55,409 nucleotides of DNA, from NCBI GenBank assembly GCA_947624085.1, contig CANQIK010000003.1, positions 1 through 55,409 of the forward strand, read 5' to 3'. Below the pieces are notes generated by a model. The model had not been told where the DNA came from, did not search any database, and worked only from the letters and a program-made list of their open reading frames with translations. Position numbers and translations under genes: made by a program. Below, piece by piece: positions 16,500 to 25,823 of this stretch; the stretch's first letter is position 1; every line of letters starts with the position of its first letter. Source of the stretch: an uncultured Bacilli bacterium (GTDB taxonomy: Bacteria > Bacillota_I > Bacilli_A > RF39 > UBA660).

Positions 16500-18185
16500 T
16501 CAGCTTACTTTAAATGGCTTGGATTGACTACCGTCAATACCGTCGCCACCACTTAAGGTTACACTAGAGTTTAGATAAAAGACCGGGCGCACACCATACG
16601 CGTCGTCAACGAAGTCGCCGCCGTCCACGTACCCACTGTAGCCGACATTGAACGCATAGTTAGTGCTGACTGAAACGCGCGAAATAGTCCATTCGTATAC
16701 ACCATTAAATAACCAATTATTTTCCCTGTTTTGGTTATTTTCAATTTCATCATCTTTACTATCATCATACATATAAAGCCTATATTCCCAGCTTTTTGGT
16801 TCACTTGCAAAGCCATAATCTGATGGATACATTAATCCTATTTCAGCTTGCACTTTTGTTTGTGCTCCTCCTGACTCATTCCATTCCTCATCATATACTT
16901 CTTTGGCTTTTGGTAATTCATCATTAGGATTTCCTCCAACATTCCATTGTACCTTTTCTATTTTACTTTCCCAGGTAGTACCCAATTTATTAAGAAAGCT
17001 TTTGTCATTGCTATTTAATGCTTTATATAATGAACTACTTCCCCATACATTAGCATTGTCGCTATCACAATCATCGTTCCAATGGAAACCATCAACACTA
17101 TCTTCTGCCTTTACCCTTTTTAAGCTTTTATAGTCATCCTCAAAATATTCAGTTCCATCTGCACTATCTTTGCCTAAATCATCATGAGTTGCATACTCTG
17201 ATTTTATTATTTTAAATAAATTTTGGGTTGTTGTACTATCATCTTCATTAACAACTTCGACTGGAACTATACCTATTATACGATACAAGTTACCATCATT
17301 GCAGGTATCAGATTTTCCATTATTATAGTTTTCACTGCCCGGGCCAAAACAAATAAAATTATTTGGATTACAGCCAGAATAACGATAGCCGTTATCTTCT
17401 GCGCCATTTTGTAATGTTTTATCATGCTTTAGTAATCCACCTATGCCCATAGGGCACAAATTAGATTTAGTTGTTGATATAGCCGTGTCATTCACAAGCT
17501 TTTCAGCGAACTCCTCAGCAGTTAACTTTTCGGAAAGGTTAGTTAGACCCCCCCCCGGTTTACACTTACTTGTCTTAAAATATATTTTGCCACTGAAAGT
17601 TTTGTTTAAATTTCCGTTTTGGTCTACATTTTCTAATTTATAGTGGCGGTATTTGAACGTCCAATTTTGTGTTGTAGCACTTGCGCCTTTTGTAGCAGTA
17701 ATGGAAGCATCCATTATTTTTTTGTCTGTGGATGTTTTCATGTTTTGTAAATCTAAAGATTGTTCACCTTTAGGATACAAACTGCCATTTGCAGAAGCAA
17801 CTATAGTGAGTTCATTAGCATGCGTTATGCCAAAATCACTGTCAGCATGGAACCACACTTCATAGTCACAAGTAACGCTATCATAATCTGAGTTGTTTTT
17901 TAAACTAACAGTACCTGCGCTAGAATTACTTTCAATATAATTATTTTCAGTTTCATTTGTTAATTGTAAAGGGTCAATATAAAATGTAAGGTTATTATCA
18001 GCATTTAAATTAAATGCTACATTAAGACCATTATTAAAGTTTATGTTTTCATTTATACCATTTAAAGTATTAGAAAAATAAGCAAAAGATACACTCATAA
18101 CGACAATAGCAACGAGTACTATACTTGAGGCTATCATAACAACAACTTTTTTACTATTCACTGACTTTTCTTCCGTTCTTTCCAT
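16500..18185 (-). CDS. Surface protein: TasA/camelysin-like signal and module fused through a poly-Gly (G9 tract) junction to the 'GVRPVFYL' cargo domain
   Basis: 561 aa with a strong SD AAGGAGGAAG. The N-terminus ...IVVMSVSFAYFSNTLNG resembles SipW-type signals (camelysin GGGTFAYFSD). Residues 1-209 align with the stand-alone 211-aa protein at 31925-32560 (TCDYEVWFH/TCNYKIYYQ, TQNWTFKYRHYKLENVDQ/SQTWSLHYRFYNLDVDQ, SGKIYFKTSKC/SGKIIIEGQNC). Residues ~214-561 are the cargo domain (GYRYSGCNPNNFICFGPGSENYNNG, NLYRIIGIVPVE, IKSEYAT, GLMYPSDYGFAS, ENNWLF..EWTI, GVRPVFYLNSSVTLSGGDG..KPFKV). Confidence 0.85.
   Translation of the reverse strand: MERTEEKSVNSKKVVVMIASSIVLVAIVVMSVSFAYFSNTLNGINENINFNNGLNVAFNLNADNNLTFYIDPLQLTNETENNYIESNSSAGTVSLKNNSDYDSVTCDYEVWFHADSDFGITHANELTIVASANGSLYPKGEQSLDLQNMKTSTDKKIMDASITATKGASATTQNWTFKYRHYKLENVDQNGNLNKTFSGKIYFKTSKCKPGGGLTNLSEKLTAEEFAEKLVNDTAISTTKSNLCPMGIGGLLKHDKTLQNGAEDNGYRYSGCNPNNFICFGPGSENYNNGKSDTCNDGNLYRIIGIVPVEVVNEDDSTTTQNLFKIIKSEYATHDDLGKDSADGTEYFEDDYKSLKRVKAEDSVDGFHWNDDCDSDNANVWGSSSLYKALNSNDKSFLNKLGTTWESKIEKVQWNVGGNPNDELPKAKEVYDEEWNESGGAQTKVQAEIGLMYPSDYGFASEPKSWEYRLYMYDDSKDDEIENNQNRENNWLFNGVYEWTISRVSVSTNYAFNVGYSGYVDGGDFVDDAYGVRPVFYLNSSVTLSGGDGIDGSQSKPFKVS
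16581..16682 (-). other. GC-rich, adenine-poor hypervariable patch inside cargo domain
   Basis: These are the 34 codons between EWTI and PVFYL: TCG CGC GTT TCA GTC AGC ACT AAC TAT GCG TTC AAT GTC GGC TAC AGT GGG TAC GTG GAC GGC GGC GAC TTC GTT GAC GAC GCG TAT GGT GTG CGC CCG GTC. My hand count gives 61/102 G+C and 16/102 A on the sense strand. Confidence 0.8.
17548..17556 (-). repeat. Homopolymeric G9 (C9 on plus strand) tract in coding sequence
   Basis: The plus strand reads agaCCCCCCCCCgg. The sense strand reads AAA CCG GGG GGG GGT CTA ACT AAC (KPGGGLTN). This is the longest G/C run I saw in the window; the others are 5 nt or shorter. Confidence 0.95.
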
Positions 18186-19296
18186 TTACGTTCTTCCTCC
18201 TTATAAATAATATAATTTCTTTTATAATTGCTATACATGGTGTGGCAATAACCATACCTAAAATACCAAAGAAATGAGCAAATATTAATAAGCCTACAAT
18301 AATAACAACAGGATTAAGTTGCATAGCTTTACTCATTACTAAAGGTTGTAAAACATAACTTTCGATAAATTGAACGATAGCTGCGATAACTAAAGTACCA
18401 ATACCTATTATAGGGCCTTGGGTAAATCCTACTATTGTAGCAGCCGCGCCCCCAATATAAGGACCAATATATGGAATTAAATCTGTAATACCACAGAATA
18501 AACCAAATAATACTGAACTATTAAGACCAATTACCATAAAGCCAATTGTATCAAAGACAAAGACAATAAATGCTACAAATAAAGTACCATTGATTACTTT
18601 ACGAGCTTCTGTACCAATTCTTTGAAATAAATGAACATAATCATCATGATTCTTTTTCGGTAATAATTTATAAAAATTATTAGTTATATTATCAAAATCA
18701 ATAAGCATATATAAACCAATAATTAAACTCATGACAATAACACCAACGGCTGAAACTAAACCTTTAACAATATTAATAATATTACTTGGCAAATTATTAG
18801 CGATACTTAAAGTAAAGTCTTTAATTGAAGATATAAGCCCATCTTTAATAGAGGTAACATCAATACCTTTAATATTAATCTTATTAATTAAATCCGTAGC
18901 CCAATTTGTAACTTTAGGTATAACGCCTGTTATATAATCGGCAAATTCACTAACTTGTTCATATAATATTGGCACAAAGAAATAAAAGAAGAAAGCTAAA
19001 ACAACTATAATCAATATAAAGATTAAAATTGCACTAGCTACTTTATTAAACTTTTTAGATACCAATTTTTTTTGTAAAGGATAAAAAAGCCACGCGATGA
19101 CAAAGCCGATAAAAAGAGGTGATATAACCCCCAAAATACCCTCGACTGCGGGGAAGATACTTGCTTGTTTACATATTAAAAATACGACAAAAATGATTGA
19201 AATAATAAGCATGATGTAGAATACTCTTAAAATATTTTTAGATAAATGAATTAATTCATTTAGACTTCGTTTATCCACTTCTTGATTTCTTTTCAT
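18154..19296 (-). CDS. AI-2E family transporter (PerM/YtvI-like permease)
   Basis: 380 aa, polytopic, with the typical AI-2E pattern (..IPYIGPYIGG.., ..QPLVMSKAM.LNP..). Its 3' end overlaps the next gene's start by 32 nt. Confidence 0.75.
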   Translation of the reverse strand: MKRNQEVDKRSLNELIHLSKNILRVFYIMLIISIIFVVFLICKQASIFPAVEGILGVISPLFIGFVIAWLFYPLQKKLVSKKFNKVASAILIFILIIVVLAFFFYFFVPILYEQVSEFADYITGVIPKVTNWATDLINKINIKGIDVTSIKDGLISSIKDFTLSIANNLPSNIINIVKGLVSAVGVIVMSLIIGLYMLIDFDNITNNFYKLLPKKNHDDYVHLFQRIGTEARKVINGTLFVAFIVFVFDTIGFMVIGLNSSVLFGLFCGITDLIPYIGPYIGGAAATIVGFTQGPIIGIGTLVIAAIVQFIESYVLQPLVMSKAMQLNPVVIIVGLLIFAHFFGILGMVIATPCIAIIKEIILFIRRKNVNGKNGRKVSE

Positions 19297-19378
19297 ATTC
19301 TCACCTAGAATCCTCTATTACCATTATATATATTATTTTAATTATATTCAAGAAAGACTAAATCAAAAAACACCTATT

Positions 19379-19849
19379 TTACTTACAATTAGCAAATAAG
19401 TAAAAATAGATGTTTCTAATTTTTTCATAATCAAGGGTAAATAATATTTGTAAAATAACATTTACTTCTTTATTTTTAATAGCTTCTTTTAAGCGTTCGA
19501 TATTATCATTACTATATTTTAAATAAATATTAGTAAACTTATTCATAATCTGTTTATTGTCAATATTCTCAAGTAAAAAGGTATCTAAACTCATATTAAC
19601 ATCTTTAGTAAATAATTTATAACGATATTTATTTTCGTTAATAACCCATAACTTACCCTCTAAATAATCTTCGGTAACTAAGTTATTATCCTTAATCATC
19701 TTTTTAATATCTTCTTCTAAATATTTGCGGGTAAAATCATCAATGCTTTGCAAAGAAGTATAATTATGTAAATCATCTTTAGTTAATATCCCTATATTAA
19801 TGGGCATAAAGTCTTTAGGTCTTTTTTCTAAAACAAGAAAATAATTCAT
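19379..19849 (-). CDS. Hypothetical cytoplasmic protein
   Basis: 156-aa ORF with no recognisable motif. Confidence 0.45.
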   Translation of the reverse strand: MNYFLVLEKRPKDFMPINIGILTKDDLHNYTSLQSIDDFTRKYLEEDIKKMIKDNNLVTEDYLEGKLWVINENKYRYKLFTKDVNMSLDTFLLENIDNKQIMNKFTNIYLKYSNDNIERLKEAIKNKEVNVILQILFTLDYEKIRNIYFYLFANCK

Positions 19850-19917
19850 TATTATATCTACCTCCTTTGCAGGAGAAAAATCATATCAAATAATTAGTTT
19901 CTTGTCAATGTTAAATA

Positions 19918-21081
19918 TTATTTTTTTATTCCTTTAGTACCATTAAAATTTGCTAAAACATTGGTTGTAAATGATGATAATTTCTTATCTTTATTTTGAA
20001 ACTTTTTAATACCAAGATTTATTATTTTATCTAATAAATCTTTATATTCTAGGCCTTTACTTTTCCAAAGATAAAAAGCTAAAGAACCCGGAATTATATT
20101 TACTTCATTTAAATATAGTTTATTAGTTTTTTTATTAAGCATAAAATCAATACGAACTACGCCGGAAATATTTAATGCTTTTGCAGTTTTATAAGCCATA
20201 TCTTCAAGTTCAGCTTTTATTTTGCCCTCAATATCAGCAGGTATTTTTCTTCCCGTGGAAGCCATCCCTTTACTAGAGCCTTTAGCCCCACTTAAATATT
20301 TATCTTGATAGGAAAGGATTTCATCTTTTCCGTATACTTCTTCAATATCCGATAATTCATAAGCATAATTATCGCCAAGAACAGCTATATTTAGTTCCTG
20401 TAAATCTTCCACAACTTCTTCAACTAATATCTTTTCATCATATTCTAAAGCTGTTTCAATTTTTTCTATTAATTCATCTTTATTATGGGCAATACCAATA
20501 CCTACACTACTACCTTGGCGCGCTGGTTTAACGATTAAAGGAAAAGGTATTTGCATAACATCTTGAATAACTTTAGCACTATCTTTTTGATAATCACTTT
20601 CATAAAAATAACAATAATCACAAACATTTACGCCTGAAGCCCTTAAAACCATTTTTTGCATTATCTTATCTTGACCGATGCTTGAAGCATAAATATCACT
20701 TTCACAATAAGGCACTCCTAAAAGTTCAAGATAACCGGCAATTGAACCATCTTCGGTATTATAACCATGTAAAACCGGGAAGATAATATCAATATTTTTA
20801 ACTGCTTTATAAGGAAAAGAGTTTCTAAATAAAACTAATTGGCCATCCTTTTTAGTAAAGAGAATCTCCGTTCCTCTTTTAATCGCCGTATTTAAATCTT
20901 TAAATGTTTCAACTTTTTTATATTCCTCACTATAATAAAACTTACCATCTTTTGTTAAATATATAGGTACTACATTATATTTCTCATTATCTAAGTTATT
21001 CATAGCTTGAACAGCCGAAATAATACTTATCTCATGCTCGGTAGAATTACCGCCGAATATAAAACCAATATTTAATTTCAT
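19918..21081 (-). CDS. ddl: D-alanine--D-alanine ligase
   Basis: It has GGNSTEHEISIISA, an ATP-grasp core (SSVGI) and EVNIIPGS. I chose the start at MKLNIGFIFGG, 4 nt after the murF stop. The longer ORF to 21126 would overlap murF. Confidence 0.9.
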   Translation of the reverse strand: MKLNIGFIFGGNSTEHEISIISAVQAMNNLDNEKYNVVPIYLTKDGKFYYSEEYKKVETFKDLNTAIKRGTEILFTKKDGQLVLFRNSFPYKAVKNIDIIFPVLHGYNTEDGSIAGYLELLGVPYCESDIYASSIGQDKIMQKMVLRASGVNVCDYCYFYESDYQKDSAKVIQDVMQIPFPLIVKPARQGSSVGIGIAHNKDELIEKIETALEYDEKILVEEVVEDLQELNIAVLGDNYAYELSDIEEVYGKDEILSYQDKYLSGAKGSSKGMASTGRKIPADIEGKIKAELEDMAYKTAKALNISGVVRIDFMLNKKTNKLYLNEVNIIPGSLAFYLWKSKGLEYKDLLDKIINLGIKKFQNKDKKLSSFTTNVLANFNGTKGIKK

Positions 21082-21085
21082 CTTT

Positions 21086-22675
21086 TTACTTCCCCTCCAT
21101 ATAACTATCTGGCAAATCATTTTCAAATAAAACAGTTATTTCTTTATTTTTATTATTTTTCTTTACTTCGGCAAAAGCTTCATTAAAGGAATTTTTAACC
21201 TTTATATTAGCTTCAGGATATTTTTCTTCAATAAGCCCCTCATATATTGGTTTAGTTTGTTTAGGACCTATTAAATATACCTCATCTGCTACTTTAGCCA
21301 TTTGTTTGCCAAAATTTTTATTAAGTGTATCTTGACTCTTACCCATTTCAATCATTCCTGGGGTAATAATAATTTTCTTATTAGGCATAAGATTTAATAC
21401 TTCTACAGCATTTTTAGCACCCTCTGGATTAGAATTAAATGAATCATCAATAATCGTGATATTACCCATATTTTTGATTTCTAAACGGTGTTCAATAGGT
21501 TTAATTTCTTTAATCCCCCGGACAATATTGTTAAGAGGTACGCCTAAAGCATGAGCTAAAGCTACGGATGATAAAATATTATATATATTTTTATTACCTA
21601 AAAGAATAGTTGTTACTTCTATCTTAGTTTTATCACTAAAATGGATACTAAAACTTGTGCCTTTTGCCGTTACTTTAATATCTTTAGCCATAACATCTGC
21701 TTTATTATTAATACCTATCCAGATAACTTTTACTTTATTTTTTAACTTATAACTAGTTTGATAAATATCATCTTTATTAAGAATAGCTATTCCATCACTA
21801 GGTAAAGACTCAATAAGTTCAAATTTAGTTTTTTGAATATTCTCTAAACTTTTAAAGGTTTCTAAATGAGCCGGGCCAATTGAGGTTAAAATACCATACT
21901 TAGGCTTAACTAAATCACATAATTCTTTAATCTCGCCTACTTTTTTAGCCCCCATTTCACTTATAAAATAATCATTGAATATCGTTTTTTCTTTATTAAT
22001 TGTAATTAAAAGACCATTTGGAGTATTAAAAGAAGCTGGGGTATAAAAGCCTTTATAAGTCGTATTTAATAGGGTATTTAATATCATTTTCGTACTTGTT
22101 TTACCAAAAGAACCAGTTATACCAATAATCTTTAAATTAGGCATTTTATTAAGTTTAGTTAAAGCCATTTTTTTATAATGATTAAATATCATTTTCTCAA
22201 TAGGCATTAAAGCTAAAACCACTAATATAAAGATATAAGGATTAAAGGCAATAAACATTAATATTGCGCCAGCTTTAGATACCGCTTCTTTTAATAAATA
22301 ATAGATAGCTAATTCATAAATTATAAATAATAAATAATCTAAAGCCATAATTCTTTTAACTCTTGATGTTATTTTAAGTGGTAACTTTTTATTATGGGCT
22401 TTAAATATTCTTATAAAAGACATAATAAGAATAAGCATGGCAAGAATATAAAATATAAATAAATATAAAGGAAAACTATCATAAATAACTAATAAAAAAG
22501 CAAATATCAACATGAATATATAGATACTAGAATATTTATATAAAACATCATTATTAATGAAATGAAAATATTTTTGATTTTCATTATAGCTATTTTGTTG
22601 AAGCATTAAAAGATAATACCAAGATGATATTAATAATAAAATATTAGATAGAATAATAATTATTGCTAACTTCAC
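21086..22675 (-). CDS. murF: UDP-MurNAc-tripeptide--D-Ala-D-Ala ligase (MurF) with polytopic membrane N-terminal extension
   Basis: 529 aa. The Mur ligase core starts at ~residue 180 (IIGITGSFGKTSTK, NKDD, DDSFNSNPEGAKNAVEVL) and the gene is adjacent to ddl. Residues 1-170 are hydrophobic with about 5 predicted TM helices. Confidence 0.8.
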   Translation of the reverse strand: MKLAIIIILSNILLLISSWYYLLMLQQNSYNENQKYFHFINNDVLYKYSSIYIFMLIFAFLLVIYDSFPLYLFIFYILAMLILIMSFIRIFKAHNKKLPLKITSRVKRIMALDYLLFIIYELAIYYLLKEAVSKAGAILMFIAFNPYIFILVVLALMPIEKMIFNHYKKMALTKLNKMPNLKIIGITGSFGKTSTKMILNTLLNTTYKGFYTPASFNTPNGLLITINKEKTIFNDYFISEMGAKKVGEIKELCDLVKPKYGILTSIGPAHLETFKSLENIQKTKFELIESLPSDGIAILNKDDIYQTSYKLKNKVKVIWIGINNKADVMAKDIKVTAKGTSFSIHFSDKTKIEVTTILLGNKNIYNILSSVALAHALGVPLNNIVRGIKEIKPIEHRLEIKNMGNITIIDDSFNSNPEGAKNAVEVLNLMPNKKIIITPGMIEMGKSQDTLNKNFGKQMAKVADEVYLIGPKQTKPIYEGLIEEKYPEANIKVKNSFNEAFAEVKKNNKNKEITVLFENDLPDSYMEGK

Positions 22676-22687
22676 ACTATCAACCTC

Positions 22688-23407
22688 CTACTCCCAAAAA
22701 TTATTAAGAATAGCAATTGTATCATTAAGTTTTTCTAAATAAGCATAATGATGAGCATTCTCATATTCAATAAGTCCACAGTCAGTAATAAGCTTTTCTA
22801 GTTCCCTAGCTTCTTCAATTGGCACGTCTTTATCTTCCTTACCATAAATAAGAAGTACAGGAGCCGTTATCGCTTTAGCATAAGTACTTAAATCTTCATT
22901 TACAACTTTAACTAAAGTACCTCTTAAAATATCACTAGCATTTTTATAATCCGTTGAGCCCCATTTATTCCTTAAATAATTAGCAAAGAGCTTTAAGAAT
23001 TTAATTTTTTTAATAAAATTATAGATTTTCACTTTAATACTTACTTTAGCTTTGCCCGGTCTAAATGGTGAAGAAAGAAGAACTACTTTACTTGCACCAT
23101 ATTTAGCCGCATAGCAAATAGATATTCTTCCGCCAAAAGAATGACCTACTAAAATAGGATTTTTAACTTTTAAATGTTTTAATAAATCATTAACTTTTTT
23201 AGCATAGTCCTCTACCGAATAAGGCACAGGAGGCTCAGGTGTTTTACCAAAGCCTGGTAAATCTATATTAATAATTCTAAATCTTTTAGCAAAAGGACGG
23301 CCTAACATATCCATCATTTCGACATTTTGCCCCCAGCCATGAAGCAAAACAATGACTCCCTCCAAAGGAGTGCCATAATCTAAATAATTAATATCTTTTA
23401 TATTCAT
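22688..23407 (-). CDS. Alpha/beta-fold hydrolase
   Basis: It has HGWG, the nucleophile elbow GHSFGG and a C-terminal His. The start at MNIKDINYLDYG is preferred; the ORF-track start at 23479 would overlap lon. Confidence 0.7.
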   Translation of the reverse strand: MNIKDINYLDYGTPLEGVIVLLHGWGQNVEMMDMLGRPFAKRFRIINIDLPGFGKTPEPPVPYSVEDYAKKVNDLLKHLKVKNPILVGHSFGGRISICYAAKYGASKVVLLSSPFRPGKAKVSIKVKIYNFIKKIKFLKLFANYLRNKWGSTDYKNASDILRGTLVKVVNEDLSTYAKAITAPVLLIYGKEDKDVPIEEARELEKLITDCGLIEYENAHHYAYLEKLNDTIAILNNFWE

Positions 23408-23450
23408 AAGTTTCACTTCCATCTTAACTTTCAAAGAAATTATACCATAT

Positions 23451-25706
23451 TTACCTAAAAAGGACATCATATATTTCACTAAAGTTACTTACAAGCCTTA
23501 GATCAATATCATCAAAGACATTCATTGGTACATCGGCAAGGTCTAATTCATTAGCTCTAGGAATGTAGACAACCTTAATGCCCTTTATAGAAGCTTCAAT
23601 TAATTTTTCTTTTAAGCCTCCAATAGGTAAAATATCGCCTTTGAGGGTTATTTCTCCCGTAAAAGCTATATTGCCATCAATAACTCGATTAAGATAACAA
23701 GATAACATTGCAGTAGTAATTGATAGTCCTGCGGATGGTCCATCTTTTTTTTGCGCTGTGGATATAAAATGGATATTAAGATCATAATCATTAACATTAA
23801 TATCATAGTTGCAAGCAATATATCCTTGGGCTACTTTAGCACTTTCTTGTAAAACATCACCAGCCGAGCCCGTTATGGTTATCTTACCATTTCCTTTATG
23901 TTTAGCAACTTCAACATGGGAGATTAGCCCACCTACAGTAGTATATGCTAAAGTATTAGTTATGCCATAGTCCCTAATTTTAGGCAAATATTCTTCTAAA
24001 GGTTTACCTAAATATTTAGCTGCTAAAGAAGTAGTAATACTTTTATAATCTTTTTCATAAACCGTTACTTTACGAACTAATTTTTCTAATATTCGCTTAA
24101 GTTCTCTTACACCCGCTTCTTTAGTATAGTTATGAACAATATATTCTAAAACATCTTTATTTACTTTTAAATCACTTTTATATTCCTCTAAAATGTTTTT
24201 TAAAATATAATTTCGCGCAATATCAATCTTTTCATAAACCGTATAACTACCAAGTTCTATAACCTCTAAACGGTCAAGTAAGGTAGGAGGTATGCCGTTA
24301 ATATCATTAGCGGTCAAAATAAACATAACATGGGATAAATCAAAAGATTCTTCAATATAATTATCGACAAAAAATTTATTTTGGGTTTCATCTAAAATCT
24401 CAAGCATAGTAGAAGCTGGGTCCCCTTTATAATCTTTAACCATTTTATCTACTTCATCAATTAATAAAACAGGATTATTAACTTTACATTTAATAATAGC
24501 TTGAATTATTTTACCGGGCGCAGCCCCTAAATAAGTACGACGAGAACCTATAAGCTCAGTTGAGTCATTTAAGCCTCCAACACTTATTTTATAAAATTCT
24601 CTATTTAATGCTTTAGCAATTGACATAGCAATAGAAGTTTTACCAACCCCTGGAGGACCTAAAAGACATATAACTGGGGCTTTTAAAGAAGGATTAATGC
24701 TTTTTAAATGCGCATATTCAATAATCCGATTTTTAACTTCTTTTAAGCCATAATGGGTAGCATTTAAAGTTGTTTCTATTTCTTTAATATCTAAATTTTC
24801 TTTAGAAAATTTACGCCAAGGTAAAGATAAAACCGTATCTAAATAATTTTTAATAACGGAGCTTTCAGGACTATACTCTGATGAGGTTCCATATTTTTTT
24901 ACTTCATTTAAAAGTTTATCTTTCGTTTTATCATCAAAACCAATAGCATTAATTTTATCTTCTAAGCTATCAATTTCTTCTTGTCTTGTATTACCTAAAG
25001 CTTTATTTATTTCTTTTAATTTTTCTTTTAACAGATATTCTCTTTGACCATTTTCTAAGTTTTCTTGCAGTTTTTCTTCAAGCTCTTTATCAAGCATAGC
25101 AAAGCTAATTTCACCTTGTAAGTCTTCAATTAACATCGTGGCTCTAGTTAAAGGATTGATACACTCCATATATTCTAATTTTTTAGCAAAAGAATTAGGC
25201 ATAAATATTGTAATCATATCCGTTATAGTACCTAAATCACTAGTTTCATCAATTTCATTTAAAATACTATTAGAGATACTTTTATTAGCGTCAATATATT
25301 CTTTTAAAGAAGCTAGTAGTTTTCTTTGCACCGCGGTTTTTCGACCAGCGTCAAACTTAGGTAGTTCAACCTCAGTATAAGAACACTTTAAAATACCGGT
25401 CGAATAATTTTGAAAATACTTTTCTATTTTAACTCTTAATAAACCTTTTAAAATAATGCGAAGATTCCCTGAAGATAATTCAATTTTACTTTTAATTTTG
25501 GCAATAACCCCGATTGAGGGTAAATCTTCAAATGATGGATCAGCTTCTAAAGGATTTTTGGGAGCTATGACTAATACCTTATTATCATTATTTTTACTAG
25601 CACTCTTAATGATTTTTTTACTTAATTCATTACTAAGGTCAATTTTAATTTCTTGGCCCGGGAGGATTACAAGTTCATTTAAGATAAATACAGGTATATG
25701 GTTCAT
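23451..25706 (-). CDS. lon: ATP-dependent Lon protease (LonA)
   Basis: 751 aa with an N-terminal LON domain, AAA+ motifs GPPGVGKTS and LLIDEVDK, and protease motif KKDGPSAGLS with a downstream Lys. Confidence 0.95.
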   Translation of the reverse strand: MNHIPVFILNELVILPGQEIKIDLSNELSKKIIKSASKNNDNKVLVIAPKNPLEADPSFEDLPSIGVIAKIKSKIELSSGNLRIILKGLLRVKIEKYFQNYSTGILKCSYTEVELPKFDAGRKTAVQRKLLASLKEYIDANKSISNSILNEIDETSDLGTITDMITIFMPNSFAKKLEYMECINPLTRATMLIEDLQGEISFAMLDKELEEKLQENLENGQREYLLKEKLKEINKALGNTRQEEIDSLEDKINAIGFDDKTKDKLLNEVKKYGTSSEYSPESSVIKNYLDTVLSLPWRKFSKENLDIKEIETTLNATHYGLKEVKNRIIEYAHLKSINPSLKAPVICLLGPPGVGKTSIAMSIAKALNREFYKISVGGLNDSTELIGSRRTYLGAAPGKIIQAIIKCKVNNPVLLIDEVDKMVKDYKGDPASTMLEILDETQNKFFVDNYIEESFDLSHVMFILTANDINGIPPTLLDRLEVIELGSYTVYEKIDIARNYILKNILEEYKSDLKVNKDVLEYIVHNYTKEAGVRELKRILEKLVRKVTVYEKDYKSITTSLAAKYLGKPLEEYLPKIRDYGITNTLAYTTVGGLISHVEVAKHKGNGKITITGSAGDVLQESAKVAQGYIACNYDINVNDYDLNIHFISTAQKKDGPSAGLSITTAMLSCYLNRVIDGNIAFTGEITLKGDILPIGGLKEKLIEASIKGIKVVYIPRANELDLADVPMNVFDDIDLRLVSNFSEIYDVLFR

Positions 25707-25823
25707 AAACGTCCCTCCAAATTTAAGTTTTATTATAATTTTTATTTATCTATAAGTAAAGAAATTTGACATAATTTTACTATAGAAATTTAGAAAAAAA
25801 GAAGATATCATTTTATCTTCTTC

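Noticed and set aside
16571-16816. A same-strand, alternative-frame 81-aa ORF inside the cargo domain. A similar 60-aa ORF occurs at 28823-29005 in the paralogue, so it appears conserved and could suggest an overlapping gene.
   Set aside because: The similarity is fully explained by DNA-level homology of the two host genes. There is no SD, and the main frame carries the conserved motifs.
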